From Scenedesmus sp. PABB004 (lineage: Eukaryota), in contig JABVCE010000020.1 in assembly GCA_014905635.1 (NCBI GenBank), forward strand, positions 496,001 through 560,000: DNA of 64,000 nucleotides, in the 5' to 3' direction. Every line of letters begins with the position of its first letter. Within the stretch, counting starts at the first letter, position 1. The position numbers were made by a program, and so were the translations under genes. The notes under the pieces were generated by a model that was not told where the DNA came from, searched no databases, and saw only the letters and a program-made list of their open reading frames with translations. Shown one piece after another: positions 22,259 through 34,600 of the stretch.

Positions 22259-24984
22259 TCACCGCCCGCCCGCGGGGCGCCGCTGCGCCGCCGGCAGCGG
22301 GGCCGCCGCCGCCGCCTTGGGCGCGCGCTCGGCGCGCCGGTTCTTCTCGATCCAGTCGACCGCCGCCTTGGACAGCAGCACCTGCGGGGCGGGGCGGTCA
22401 TGCGACCATCGTCAGGCGCGGCGGCGCGGGGCATCGCCGGCGGCGCGCCGGGCCCCCGCGGCAGCCAATCCATCACAAACGTCAGCCAACCGGTCAATAA
22501 AACGCCAATCAGCGCGCACCATGTCGTCGATGCAGTAGTCGGCGTCGCGGAGGTTGACGTTCATGATGTCGATGCGGTTGATGTTGGCCAGCGACCCCGC
22601 CGAGCTGCCCGGCTCGCAGCGGAAGAGCGAGAGCGGGAGCTCAAACTTGTAGTAGTCGCCCAGCTGCTTGGCGTACGGCACCTTGTCGAGCAGCACCTCG
22701 GCGTTGCACCACAGGCTCTTCTCGTCCTGCGCGCCGCGCCGCGCCGCGCCGGCGGCAGGCCGCGGCGGCGGCGGCGGGTCGGCGCCGCGCCCGCGCGCGG
22801 CGCAGGCCCCGAGACCCCGAGCGCGCCGGCGGGGCGGGCGCGGGGGCGCCCCGACGCCGCCCCGGCCTAAACCCTGCTGCAAGCCCCGCTCTCTCTAAAC
22901 CGCCGCCCCGGCCAGCTGGCGCCCCGCACAGTCACTCACGTTCATCAGGAAGACCTTGAGCGGCGGCACCTTGCCCTTGGGCGTGCTCGAGGCGAACGGG
23001 TCGGCGCTCTTTGTGTTGCTCTTGACCCAAAAGTCGAGCCGCGCCGCGCTGGCAAACGGCTGGTACCCGGGCCGGAAGCCCTCGCGCACGGTGAACACGA
23101 CCGCGCCGTTCTGGCTCGACGTGAGGCACGTCGCCGCCGTGCCGCCGAGGCCCTCGCCCTTGGCGCGCACCTGTGCGAGCGCGCGGCCGGCAGCACGCGG
23201 GGGCGGTGGGCGGCGGCGCGGCGTCGGCGCGCGCGCTGGCCGCCGCCGCGCCGTCGCGTCGCCGCGGCGCCCCGCGAGTGCACCGCGCCGCGCCGCGCCG
23301 CGCCGCGAGTGCGCCGCCGCGCCGCGAGTGCGCCCCCGCGGCGAGCGTGCCTGCGTGTTCTTGGACGCGTACGGCCGCCAGCCCCAGCCGGCGCCGAGGT
23401 CGTCCTTGTAGATGGTGTTGTTCACAAAGCCCGGCACGGGGCTGCGTGCGTGTTGGTGTTTTGATTGAGAGGGGGGAGCAGCGGGTGAGGCGGCGGCGGC
23501 GGCGGCGGCGGGGCCCGGGCGCGGCGCGGCGCATCAGCGCGGGCGCGCGTGCGCCGCGCACTTGAGCGGCGCCTTGGTCTTGCAGTCGACCGGGCGGTAC
23601 TCGGTTCCGATGACGCCGTACACGGGGTGCGCGAGCTTCTCAAACGCCCTGTCGTTGCCACGGCGCGGGCGCGGGCGCCGCTTGTCAGGACGGCGCGGCG
23701 CGGCGCGGCGCGAGCCGGCGCGGCGCGAGCAAGTGCGTGCGTGCGTGTCAGCGCGCGGGCGGGCGGCCGGGGCGCACCAATAGCTCAGGTCCATGTGGTT
23801 GGCGCCGCCGCAGCACCAAAACTGCGGCTGCGTGCTGCCGTCGGGCTTCTTCTGCTGGCAGGGGCACGAGTCGCCGACGCGCACAACGATCGACTTGGCG
23901 TCGTCCCAGCACTGCACGTACTGCAGCGAGTCCGACTCGCGCGGGTTGCCTGCGCGCGGCGCGCGCGGGGGTGCACGTGCGTGAGCGGGGCAGGGGGCCG
24001 CCGCCGCGGCCGCGCGCACGCCCCCGCGCCCCCGCGCGCCGCCGCTGAGCGCGCGCGCGGCCGAGCGCGCCGCGCGCGCCGCCGCGTCGCACCCGGGAAG
24101 CTGCGGCCGTACGTGTCCTGCACGTTGGTGTTGACCTTTGCGAGGTAGTAAAAGGAGTTGATGCTCACCGGCGCGCCGCGGTCCTGCACGAGCCCGCTCT
24201 TGCAGCGCACCTCGTAGCACCGCCCGCACGACCCCGGGTAGTCAAAGTTGGTGTCTGCGGCGCGCGGGGGCGGCGGCGCCCGCGTCGGCGGCGGCCACGG
24301 CGGCGGCGGCGCACGCCGCTGCGCGGCCCGGCGCCGCCGCGTCCGGCCGCGGACCCCGCGGGCTGCCGCCGCGCTCCGGCCGCCCCAGCGCCGCCGCCGC
24401 TGCCGCCGCCGCTTCCAGCGGCAGCCGCTGCCGCCGCTGTCGCCGCTGTGAGCGGCGGCGGCCGCCGCCGCTGCCAGCAGCAGCCGCGCCAATGGCACCG
24501 CCGCACCTGCGAGCGCGGCATACATGTCGCGAGAGTACGCGAGCGTGCCGTCCGAGAGCGTGTAGCCGCAGCTGCCGTGCTCGATGATGCCGAACGAGTC
24601 GATGCCGCGATCCTTGTAGGCGTTGACCAGCGCCTCCGTGCCGCCGTAGAAGCTGCGCGGCGGGCGCGGCGGGGCGAGAGCAGCGGCGGCCGCGCGGTGA
24701 CGCTGCGCGTGGGGAGGAGGGGGTTGCCCCGCGCTTCTCCTAGATCCTCTGAGCTGCTGTGACCTCGCCGTGCCTCGCCCAGGCGTCGCCAGGGCGGCCG
24801 GGCCGGGCACTCGCGCGCTGCTGCCGAGGTCGTTGCGCGCGCCCCGCGCGCCCGCGCGCCGCGCTCACGTGGCTCGGCCGGGGATCCACTCGCCCTTCTG
24901 ATAGGATGCCGCTGCGCTCGCGCCGCCGGCCGCCAGCGCCAGCAGGCCCAGCGCGGCGACGCACCAGCGGCGATGCAGCGCCAT
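22259..24984 (-). CDS. Secreted expansin-like (EG45/DPBB) protein with a C-terminal beta-sandwich-like domain, 8 exons
   Basis: Signal peptide; GRATFYGG, GSCGY, SCGRCYEVRC, VVRVGDSCPC, WCCGGANHMDLSYWAFEKLA, YRPVDC. Confidence 0.85.
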
Positions 24985-25674
24985 GCTGCGCTGCGGGGGG
25001 GCCGCGGCCGCATGCGGCAGCGACTCAGCGTTTCACACCGTGCGCCCGGCCCGCTGACCCGCTGTGGGCGCCTGGCGGGAGCGGAGCTGCAAGAGCAGCA
25101 GCAGCCTGGCCGCTCCCCCCCGGGCGCCGGCCGGGGCGAGCCGCCTGTCGGCCGGGTCATTCACCTGTGAGCAAGCAAGCTCCACGACGCCCCGGCCAGG
25201 CAGTGCGGCGCGTGGGCAGGGAGGAGGCAGGAGAGGCACCGGCCTGGTCGAGCGCGGGTGTGCGCGCGCCGATGCGCGGCGTGGCGCGGGCGGGAGGTGG
25301 GCGAGGTGTGCAGCAGTGTGCGGGGGAGGTGCGCCGCCGCGCGCCGTGCGGCGGCGGCTGCGGGCGTGTGAGCGCCGGCTGCGCGACTGCCGACAGCTCC
25401 GTCCACGACGGAGCTTTGGGCTGGCTGGGGTGCCGGTCACCAGCAGCGCCGCGGCCGGCAGCTCGCTGAACATGATCCACCGCTGGCACAGTGCGCCGGG
25501 CGGCGGCCGCGCAACCGCCCACGGTTGGCGGCGGTTGCGCGCGGCGCCGCGGAGCGGGCCACGCCCGGGCACGGCCCGCGCGCGCGCCACAGGTGTCGCT
25601 CCACAGGTCACAGCGCCAGTCACCCAGAGAAGCCCAACCGCACGCCCAGGCACCCGCCGCGCGCGCGCGCGCGC

Positions 25675-28378
25675 TCACGACACGCGCCGCCCCGCGCCGC
25701 TCGTGCTGTGGCTGCTCACGCGCCGCGCGCCGCCGCCGCCGCCGCTCGGCGCGCGGCCGCCGGCGCCGCCGGCCTCGCGGCCGCCGTGGTGGCGCCCCGC
25801 GCCGCCGGCCGCCGCGGCCGCCGCGGCCGCCTTTGCGGCCTCCTTGTCGCGCATTCGGCGGTAGAGCTCACGCTTGCGCTTGAGAATCTCACTGTACAGC
25901 TTGTCCCGGTACTCCTGGCCGCGCGGCGGGCGCGGGCGGCGGGGGCGGCGCGGGCGGCGCACCGCGTCAGCAGCCTGGCGCGCGCGCCCGCGGCGCACGG
26001 CGCCGCGCGCGGCAGCGGCCGGGACGGGGCAGGCAGCCCCGAGACAGGCGGCGCCCGCGTGCGGCAGCGGCCGACACACGGGCGGCTGCGGCAGCCAAGC
26101 CGAGCGCCGCCGCCGGCGCCGCACCGCTATGCTATACTTGTGGTTGTCGTTGATCGGGATGGTCACGACCTTGGAGCAGCACGGCTCGTCGTCCGGGTTG
26201 GCAAACTGCGCGACGTAGGGGTGCCGCAGCGCCTCGGCCGCGCTCAGCCGCTTCGCCGGGTTGAACTGCGGCGGCGGCGCCGGGCGGTGGCGCCGGGCGG
26301 CGGCGGGCGGGCGGCGGTCGACGGCGGGCGCGGCGCGCCGCACGCGGCGGGTCCGCCGGCCCCCTGGCCCGGCCCCGCCCCGCCGCACACGCGCGCACGC
26401 ACACAAACACGCGGGCGCGCACCTGCAGCAGCTTTGAGAGCAGGTCGAGCGCCTCGGCGCTCGCGTGGGGGAAGAGGTCGGCGAGGCGCTTGGCCTGCGT
26501 GACGCTGCAGCTCTCCATCATCGTCGCCGCAAAGGGGCTCTGGATCGCGTCCAGGTCCTCCTGTGCGCGGCGCCGGCGCGGCGGCGCGGCGCGGCGCGGC
26601 GCGGCGCGGCGCGGCGTCACACGATAGAGCCGGCGCGCGCGCACGCCTCGCCGCCGCCGCGGCCGCGCGGGCCCGCGGCGCGGCGCGCGCCCGCGCCGCG
26701 GCGCGCGCGCGCCTGGCAAGGCCGGCCCGTGAGCTCCATGATGCGGTCGAGCTGGTTCATGGTGCTGCTGCCCGGGAAGATGGGCCTGCCGCTCAGCAGC
26801 TCGCCGAGGATGCAGCCTGGCGGCGGCGGCGGCGGCGCGGGCGCATGGCGGCGCGGCGTGCGGCGTGAGGGGCGCGGCGGCGTGAGGGGCGCGGACGCCG
26901 GCGGGGCGCCGCCGCGGGGCGCGCACCGCTGGACCACATGTCCACGCCGAACGTGTAGCGCGTGCTGCCCAGCAGGATCTCGGGCGCGCGGTACCACCGT
27001 GTCGCGACCTGGCCGCGGCGGTGGGCGGACACGCGCGCGCGGGTGAGCGGGCAGGTGGGCCGCCGCCGCCGCCGCGACCGCCCCCGCCGCTGCGCGCCGC
27101 CCTGCTGCCGCCGCCGCCCGCTGAGCGTCGCGCGGCCGCGCGCCGCTGCTGCCGCCGCTGCCGCCGCACGCACGTAGTCTGTGAGGATGGGGTTGTGCCC
27201 GCCCGCCGCGTCGGGCTGCTTCATCTGCGCCACGCTGCGCGCGAGCCCAAAGTCGGCGAGCTTGACCTGGCACTCGCTGTTCAGCAGCAGGTTGCTCGGC
27301 TGCGGCGTGGGGCGCGGCGCGGCCCGCCGTCGGCGCCGCCGCCGCCGCGCGCGCTCGGCTGCCGCCGCGGCCGGCCGGCCGGCGGCCCGCCGCGTGCCCC
27401 GCCGCCGCCGGCGCCGCTGCGCGGGGGCGGCGCCGCGCCTTGATGTCGCGGTGCAGCAGCTGCGCGGAGTGCATGTACTTGAGCGCGCGGAACAGCTGGT
27501 ACATCGTGTACTGCTTGTGCACCTCCTCCAGGATGTTGGCGCTGCGGCGGGCGGGCGGGCGGGCGGGCGGGCGGGCGGGCGGGCGGGGGCCCCCAGGGCC
27601 GCGTTTGCGTGCGCGCGCCCGGCGGCACGGCGGCCAGCTGTCGGCGCGGGGTTTGAACGCGGCGCGCGCGCGCGATGAAAATGCAATGAAAACACAATGA
27701 AAGTGGCGCACCGTATGACGGCGTGCAGGTCTGTCTCCATGTACTCGAAGACCAGGTAGATGTCCTTGTCGTTCTCGGCGCGCAGCACGTTGAGCAGCCT
27801 GCGCCGTGCGCGACGCGGCAGGCAGCGAGCGGCGCTCGCGCGGCCGCGCGCCCGCGCGCACGCGGCGGCGCGGCGGCGCGGCAGACAGCGGCGCGCGGCG
27901 CGGGCGCGCAGCGCGGGCGGGGGCGCGGCGGCGGCGCACCGGATGATGTTTTCGTGGTTGTTCATGTCCTGCAGGAACATGATCTCGCGGAACGTGCGCT
28001 GCGCGGCGGCGGGGTCAGTGCGTGGGGGCTTGCAGGACGGCGTGCGCCGCCACTCAGCCGCTGTTCCTGCTGCTCCTGGTGCCGCCGCTGGTGCTGCTGC
28101 TGGGCACGCGTTGCTGTCGTCGCCGCCGCCGCCGCCGTCACGGCCGGCCGCGCGCGGTCGCGGGCCGGGCCGCTCAACGGGCGCGCGCCGCCCCCGCCGC
28201 GCGCGCGCGCCTGCGCGTCGGTGGCGTTCTGGAAGGCGTCGAAGATCTTCTTCAGCGCCACCAGGTTCTGGTTCTTGCGGTCGACGGCCTTGTAGACGAC
28301 GCCGTACGCGCCCTTGCCCAGCTTCTGCACGAGCGAGTACTTGCGCAGCACATGGTTGTCCACGTCCTCCTCCGCCAT
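25675..28378 (-). CDS. MAPK15: MAP kinase, MAPK15/ERK7-like with a TDY activation loop, 10 exons
   Basis: LGKGAYGVVYKA, KKIFDAFQNATDAQRTFREIMFL, HRDIKPSNLLLN, DFGLAR, LTDYVATRWYRAPEILLGS. Confidence 0.93.
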
Positions 28379-29010
28379 GGCGCCAGCCACGCACGGCGCC
28401 GGCGGCCGGGGGCGCCGAGCGGCCGCAGGGAGGGGCCCGCGCGCGCTCGGCGCGGTTGCGCGCTGCTCGCCGCCGCCGGGCTCCGCCGGTGCTGCGCGGG
28501 CCACGGGCACGCGCTGGGCGCCTAGAGGGCGGTCGTATGGGTCGGTGGGCGGGCTGCGAGGGGCAGCAGGGCGCTGGGCGGGCCGCGGGGGCCTGGTCCG
28601 CGCTGTTTGTTGTTGAGCACGGGCAGGGGAACGCGGCGCGGGATGACTGGAAGCGCGCACGTCGAGCCGCTGCGGATACCGCGGGAGGCGTCCGCGGACC
28701 AGGAGGCGGCGGCCGCCAGTTTGCGGCGCGGCGGCGTAACAGCTCCCTGCTTAGTGCCGCAACGCCACGCAGAGACCGGCCGACGACGGTGCAGCTGCCA
28801 CGCTGGTCCGTCAGGACGCCGGCGCCGCCGATCGCCGCCGGCCGCAGCGCTCGCGACGCGCTCGTCACGCGCGCCGCGCGCCGTGCTCGACGTTCTCATC
28901 GTTTTACAGCGATGCTGCTGCTATAGTACAGGCCCCCCACGCTTGACCCCTCAGGCGAAGTCGCGCGCCACCGCGCTGCGCGCGGCCGCAGCGCGGCCGC
29001 TGCCACCCGC

Positions 29011-31102
29011 TCACGCGAAGCCAAAGTCCCGGTCGGGGAACAGCGCGGGCGCGACGAGCGTCCAGCTGTAGAGCGCGGCCGTGACCCAGCCCGCCGCGGT
29101 CTTGACCCACACGCTCGTCCAGCCGACGTCGAGCCGGTCCCGCTCCTGCTCGACCGCGCCCCAGCCCGTGAGCAGCATGGCGATGTACATCGACGCCAGG
29201 GCAAAGATGAGGTGAAAGAAGCTGTAGTTGTAGCTCACCGGCGCGTACTCCGCGGCCGCGCCGCCCGCGCTCGAGCCGCCCCCGCCGGCGGCGCCGCGGC
29301 TCGCCGACACCGGCCCCGGCGCGGCGCCCGCGCCGCCGGGCAGCGCCGCGCCGCCCGCGACCGACTCGGCGTCGATGAGCGGCGTGCCGAGCGCGCCGCC
29401 GCCGCCGGCGGCGTCGCCGTCGTCGCTCTCGTCGTCGAGCAGGAACAGCGCGGTGTTGGAGCCTGCGGGCGCGGGTGCGGCGGCGCGCGGATGGGCGCGG
29501 CGCGCGCGGCGCGAGCGGGGGCCGCGCGGCGCGCGCACTGGCAGCGCCGGCGACGCGCCGGCGACGCGCGGCGCGGCGCGGCGCACCCGCGCGCAGCGCC
29601 GAGTAGACGACGCTCAGCAGCGTGACGAGCATGCCCACGGCGAGCGTGGATCCGCTCGCCGCGTTAAGGCGCTGCCCGAGGCCGTTGCACGCGTAGTCGC
29701 GCGGCTCGCTCTGCGGCGGCGGCGGCGCGGGTCGGCGCACATCACCGCGCGGGCCGCCGTCGAGAGCGCCCACGTCGCGGGGGAGAAAGGCACGGCGCAG
29801 CGGCGTAAAACCGCGCGGCGCTGTGCCGCACCTGGAGCGCGCTGTAGGTGAGGTACATGACGTACAGCGCCGTCGTGGCGCTGGGGAAGAGCGACCCGCG
29901 CCGCGCGAGCGGGTGCAGGGAGAGGAGCGAGAAGGCCACGGCCGCGAGCAGCGACGAGGTGATGAGGAAGACGTTGAGCCCGCAGCTCCCCGCGCCGGCG
30001 GGCTTGAAAAACACAAACAGCATCGCTGCGCGCGGGCAGCGCGGCGGCGCGGACGCGGCGGCGGCGGCGGCGCGGCCATGGGCACGGGCGCCGGGGCAAG
30101 GACGCGCAGGCGCCGCGCGGCGCGGGAGTGGCGGCGCGCAGGCGCGGGGCTGTGTCTGCGGCGGCGCCGCGGCCCGCGGCGCGCGCACCCGCGATGCCGA
30201 GGACGCCGAGGAAGGCGGCGACCGTCATGCCGAGCAGCGCGTACAGCCAGCGCTCGTCGTCCTGCCCCGCCGCCGCCCAGGCGTCGTTCCAGGACTGGGC
30301 AAAGTCGAGCAGGATGACCATCTGAATGACCAGGAACAGCCCCGACCCGAACCGCGCGACCCAGCCTGCCACGCGGCGGCGCGGCGCGTGAGCTCGGGCG
30401 CGTGGGCGCGGGTGCGCGCCCTTGGGCGGCGGCGCCGCCGCCGCCGCCGCTGGCGCTGCCGCCCCGCCGGGCGCGCGCGCGCGCCGCCGCCGCCGCGGCC
30501 GCCCCCGCCCCCGCACCGTACGCGGCGACGAGGCCGTTGGGCAGGAAGAAGGGCAGCGCGTTGAACGCCGCCCACGCGGCGAGCTTGGCGGCCCAGCTGC
30601 CGTGCTGCAGCGCGCGGCCGCGCGCGTCGCCGCGGTATCGCACGCCGAGCAGGGCGAGGGACATGGCGCTGAAGAAGAGGCAGTTGCCCATCGACACGCG
30701 GTACACCGCCTGCTGCCCAAACCACTTGTCGCTCGGCTCAAAGCCCGTCGCCGCGCGCATGATCCCTGCGGCGGCGGCGCGCGCGCGGCGGCGGGCACCG
30801 GTGGGCGCTGGGCTCAGGCCCGCCGCCCGCCACGGTGCGTCGTGCCCGCCGCCTGCAGCCGGCGCGCGCGCGCGCATGCAGGCGCGGGGCGCGGGCGCGG
30901 GCGCACATGGGATCTTCTCGATGAGCGGGCGCGCAAAGTCGCGCATGACCCAGGAGATGAGTATAGCGAGCGTGAAGAGGAAGGAGTATGCGGCGCGCGC
31001 GGAGCGCTTCATCGCCGCCTTGGTCACGCTCGTGCAGCCCCAGCACGCGCAGTAGCCCGCCGTCGACGCGGCGCAGGAGGCCAGGTAGCTGGCGACAAAC
31101 AT
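29011..31102 (-). CDS. SERINC: Serine incorporator (Serinc/TDE) membrane protein, 6 exons
   Basis: WFGQQAVYRVSMGN, SEPRDYACNGL, SVVYSALRAGS, PVSYNYSFFHLIFALASMYIAMLLTGW, WTLVAPALFPDRDF; TGTAA on - strand at 28904-28908. Confidence 0.95.
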
Positions 31103-31661
31103 GGCTGCGGCGGCGCGCGGGGCAGCAGCGGCGGGGCTCGCGGGGCGCCGGCGCGCGGCGCGCGGGGCGCCGCCGCGCGGGCGGGCCGTCCCGCGGCGCA
31201 GCCCTGCCCGGGCGCCGCCCGGGGCGGGCCGGGCGGGCTGCGGGGAGGCGAGGCGGGCGCGGCGGGCCGGGCAGCAGGCGCACGCCTCCCCCGCCTGCCC
31301 CGCCCACCTGCTGGCCCCGGCCGGCAGCGGAGCGAGCCGGCCGCCTGGCAGCGTGAAGCAGCGCAGACGCAGCGGTCCTGCGCCTGGCAGGCGCCCCGAG
31401 CAGCAGAGGGAGAGGTCTCGCACACTCGCTGCGCCTCGCGCGACGGACAGCTCGGGCGGCGCGTGGGGACCGGCGGAGACTGGCGGCGGGGAGCGCTGGG
31501 CGCGCCGGCAGCGCTGGGGCCGAGACCTATGTTACGGCACTTTTGCGGTCTTGCGAGCTGTTCTGTCTGCTTGCTGTCTACCGTCGGCACAACCGCGCCG
31601 CCTGGCGCCTCCCCCGCGGCCGGCCGACATGCCCTGACGCCCGGCGGGCGCGCGGAGCAGC

Positions 31662-34600
31662 ATGGCGGAGGCATCCGCGCGCGTGCGCGAGCTGGAGGAG
31701 GCCCTGGCTGCCGCCAAGGCGGAGGTGGGCGGATCCGGACCCGCGTCAGCGCCCGGGCGCGCCTGGCCGGCGCCAGGCGCCCCGGCTGGCGCGGGGGAGT
31801 CGGTTGATGTTGCCCCCGCTGCTGCTGCCGCTGCCGCGCAGGCCGACGCCGCGCGCATCACCACCGACAGCCTGCTCCAGGTGCGTGGCCCGGGGCCGTG
31901 CCGAGGCGCTGAGACCGGGCGCCGGGAGGCGCCGCACGCGCGGCGGCGGCGGGGCGCACGGCAGCAGCAACCGCCTCACAACGGGGGCGCGGCCGCGGCC
32001 CGGCTGCCGCCGCAGGACTATGAGCGCCGCTTCCAGGCGCTGCTGGCGGACCACGCGCAGCTGCAGGCGGAGCACAAGCGGCAGGCGTCCGAGGTGGAGG
32101 TCCTGTCCAAGGAGCTCTGCAGCCTGCGCGAGCAGAACAAGCAGCTCTCGGCGGCAGCGGCCGAGGGCGGCGCCGCCGCGGCCGACGCGGGCGCGCGCGC
32201 CGCGGCGCTGACGTCCGACAACGCGAAGCTGCACGACGCGCTCGCGACGCTGCGCGCGAGCCAGGCGGAGAAGTGCGAGGAGGTCGCGGGCCTGCTGTCG
32301 GCCAACGCGGCGTTGCGGAGCGAGAAGATCCGCCTCGCCGCCGACCGGCAGGAGGCGGTCGACAAGGCCGAGGCCGCGGAGCGGCAGTTCCGCAGCCAGC
32401 AGGAGGTGCGGCGCGGCCGCGCACGCAGCCGCGCAGCCGCGGCGCGCGCAGCAGCGGCCGTGCGCGGCGGCGCGGCGCGGCGCGTCGGCCGCGGGCGCGC
32501 CTGGGCGACGCGCCACCGCCGCCGCCGCCGGCGCCGGGGCGCAGCGCTTTGCGCGCATGGAGGCGACGTACCAGAGCATGGTGGAGCAGCTCGAGGCCGC
32601 GCGCGACGAGGCGCGCGGGCTGTCGGGCCGGCACGCCGCGGAGCTGCGCGAGCTGCGCGCGGCGCTCGCGGCGCGCGAGGCCGAGGCGACCAAGGCCGCC
32701 GCGTCGGCGGCGAGCTGGCGGCAGCAGCACGAGGCGCTCATGGGCCAGGTGCGGCGGCGGCGGCGGCGGGCGGCGGCAGCTGCTGCGGGCGCCGCGCCCG
32801 CGCGCGCCGAGCGCCGAGCGCCGAGTCTGGGCGTCGAGCGCGGAGCGCCGAGTCTGGTCGTTGAGCGCGGAGCGCCGAGTCTGGTCGTCGAGCGCCGCGC
32901 CGCGCCCCGCCCGCAGTACACCGAGTATGTGAGCTCCATCGCGGAGCAGGAGGGCGTGCAGGCCAGCGCGCAGGCCAACATGCAGCAGCAGCTCGAGACG
33001 GCGCGCGCGGCGGCGCAAGTGTGCGTGGCGCCGCGACCGCGAGCGCGCGCTCGGGCGGGGCGGCACGCGGGGCGGGCGCCCGCCCGCGCGGGCTGACGCG
33101 CGCCGCCGCCTCTCGCGCGCCGCCGTGACGCAGCGCCAACGAGCAGCTGGCGCAGTCGCAGACGCGCGTCAGCGAGCTGGAGCGCCTGCTGGCGGCCAGC
33201 AACTCGGCGCTCGCGCAGGCGCAGGTGGGGCCGCTGGAGCGCGGGGCCGGTGCCGGCGAAGCGGCACAAAGGCGCTCACGCGCGCCGCCGCGGCCGCGTG
33301 CGCAGGCCCTGCACGAGGAGTCGCTGCGCGCCGCCAACGAGCTGGCGGCGAAGCAGGGCGAGCTCGCCGAGGCGCGGCGCCGCCAGCTGGAGGAGGCCGC
33401 TGCCGGCGGCGGCGAGCCCAGCGCGTGGGCGACGCCCGGCGGCGCCGCCGGCACGCCACGCACGCCCGGCGGCGCGCGCGGCGCCGCGGGCGTCAGGAGC
33501 CCCGACGCCGGCAGCGCGGCCGCGGCCGCAGCGCTCGCGGGCGCCGCGCCCGGGCAGGTCGCGGCGCAGCTGGCCGCGCAGGGCAAGAGCTTTGAGGACG
33601 TGGCGCACATGTACGCTGACATGGTGAGAGGGCGGGAGGGAGCGCGGTCGGGGCGGCCTCTGCCCCCTGCCGGGCAGCGCGGCCCGAGGGAGCGAGCCGC
33701 GGCGCGGCCGTGCCGGGCCGCGGGCCGCGCAGAGCCTGCGCGCGCGGCGCAGCGCCGCCGATTGCCGGCCGCCGCGCTCTGCCGTGTCGTGCGCGCAGGC
33801 GGACGCGTTCCGCAGCGAGTATGGCTCGCGGCGCCACCTGGAGCGCCAGCTCGACGCGCTGTGCCAGCAGGTGCAGCGCCGCATGGCCGGCGCCGCCGCG
33901 CAGGCGGAGGAGCACGCGGTGATGGCGGCGCAGGCCGAGGCGACGGCGCGCGAGCTCGCCGAGGCGCAGGGCCAAGTCCGGCTGCTGCAGGCGCAGGTGC
34001 GCGGCGCGCCGGTGTGGTGGTGGTGGTGTGTGGGGGGGGGGGGGGGGGCGGCTGCGCGCCGGTGGCCGCGCCCTGCCGCCGCGCCGACCCGCCGTGCGCC
34101 GCCCCGCCGCCGCAGCTGCGTGAGGCGAGCGGGCAGCTGGCCGAGCTGCGGCGCGAGGGCGGCCTGATGCAGACGGTGCTGCAGGACAAGGAGCGCCAGG
34201 TCGCGGTCCTCCTGGCAGAGACCGAGCGCCTGCAGGGCCGGCCGGTGCGGCCGCCGGGCCTTTGCTGCCCGCGCCCGCGCCGCCGCCCGCGCCGCCGCCG
34301 CCGCCGCCTGCGGCAGCCGCGCCGACGCCCGCCCGCGCGCCGGGCGCGCCCCCGCCCCCGCACACAGGTGCAGATGGGCAGCGGCGCGGCGCCGCCGCCG
34401 GCGCACGGCCGCGGCGGCGGCACGCTCACGGCGCAGCAGGCGATCAGCGAGCAGCTCATCACCTTTGGCGACCTGCAGGCGCTCGTCGCGACCAACACCA
34501 AGCTCCAGGTGGTCGCGCGCACGGTGGCAGAGGAGGCGGAGAAGACCAAGGAGGAGGTGCGCCGGCGGCGGCGGCGGCGGCGGCGCGGGCAGGCGGGCGC

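Noticed and set aside
24990..25670. ORFs between the expansin-like and MAPK genes
   Set aside because: No recognisable motif or coding bias; better explained as MAPK 3' UTR plus promoter.
34236..34367. Additional apparent non-GT donors in TPR/NUA (near 34236 and 36216)
   Set aside because: In-phase GT donors lie a few codons downstream, so these were not counted as GC-AG.
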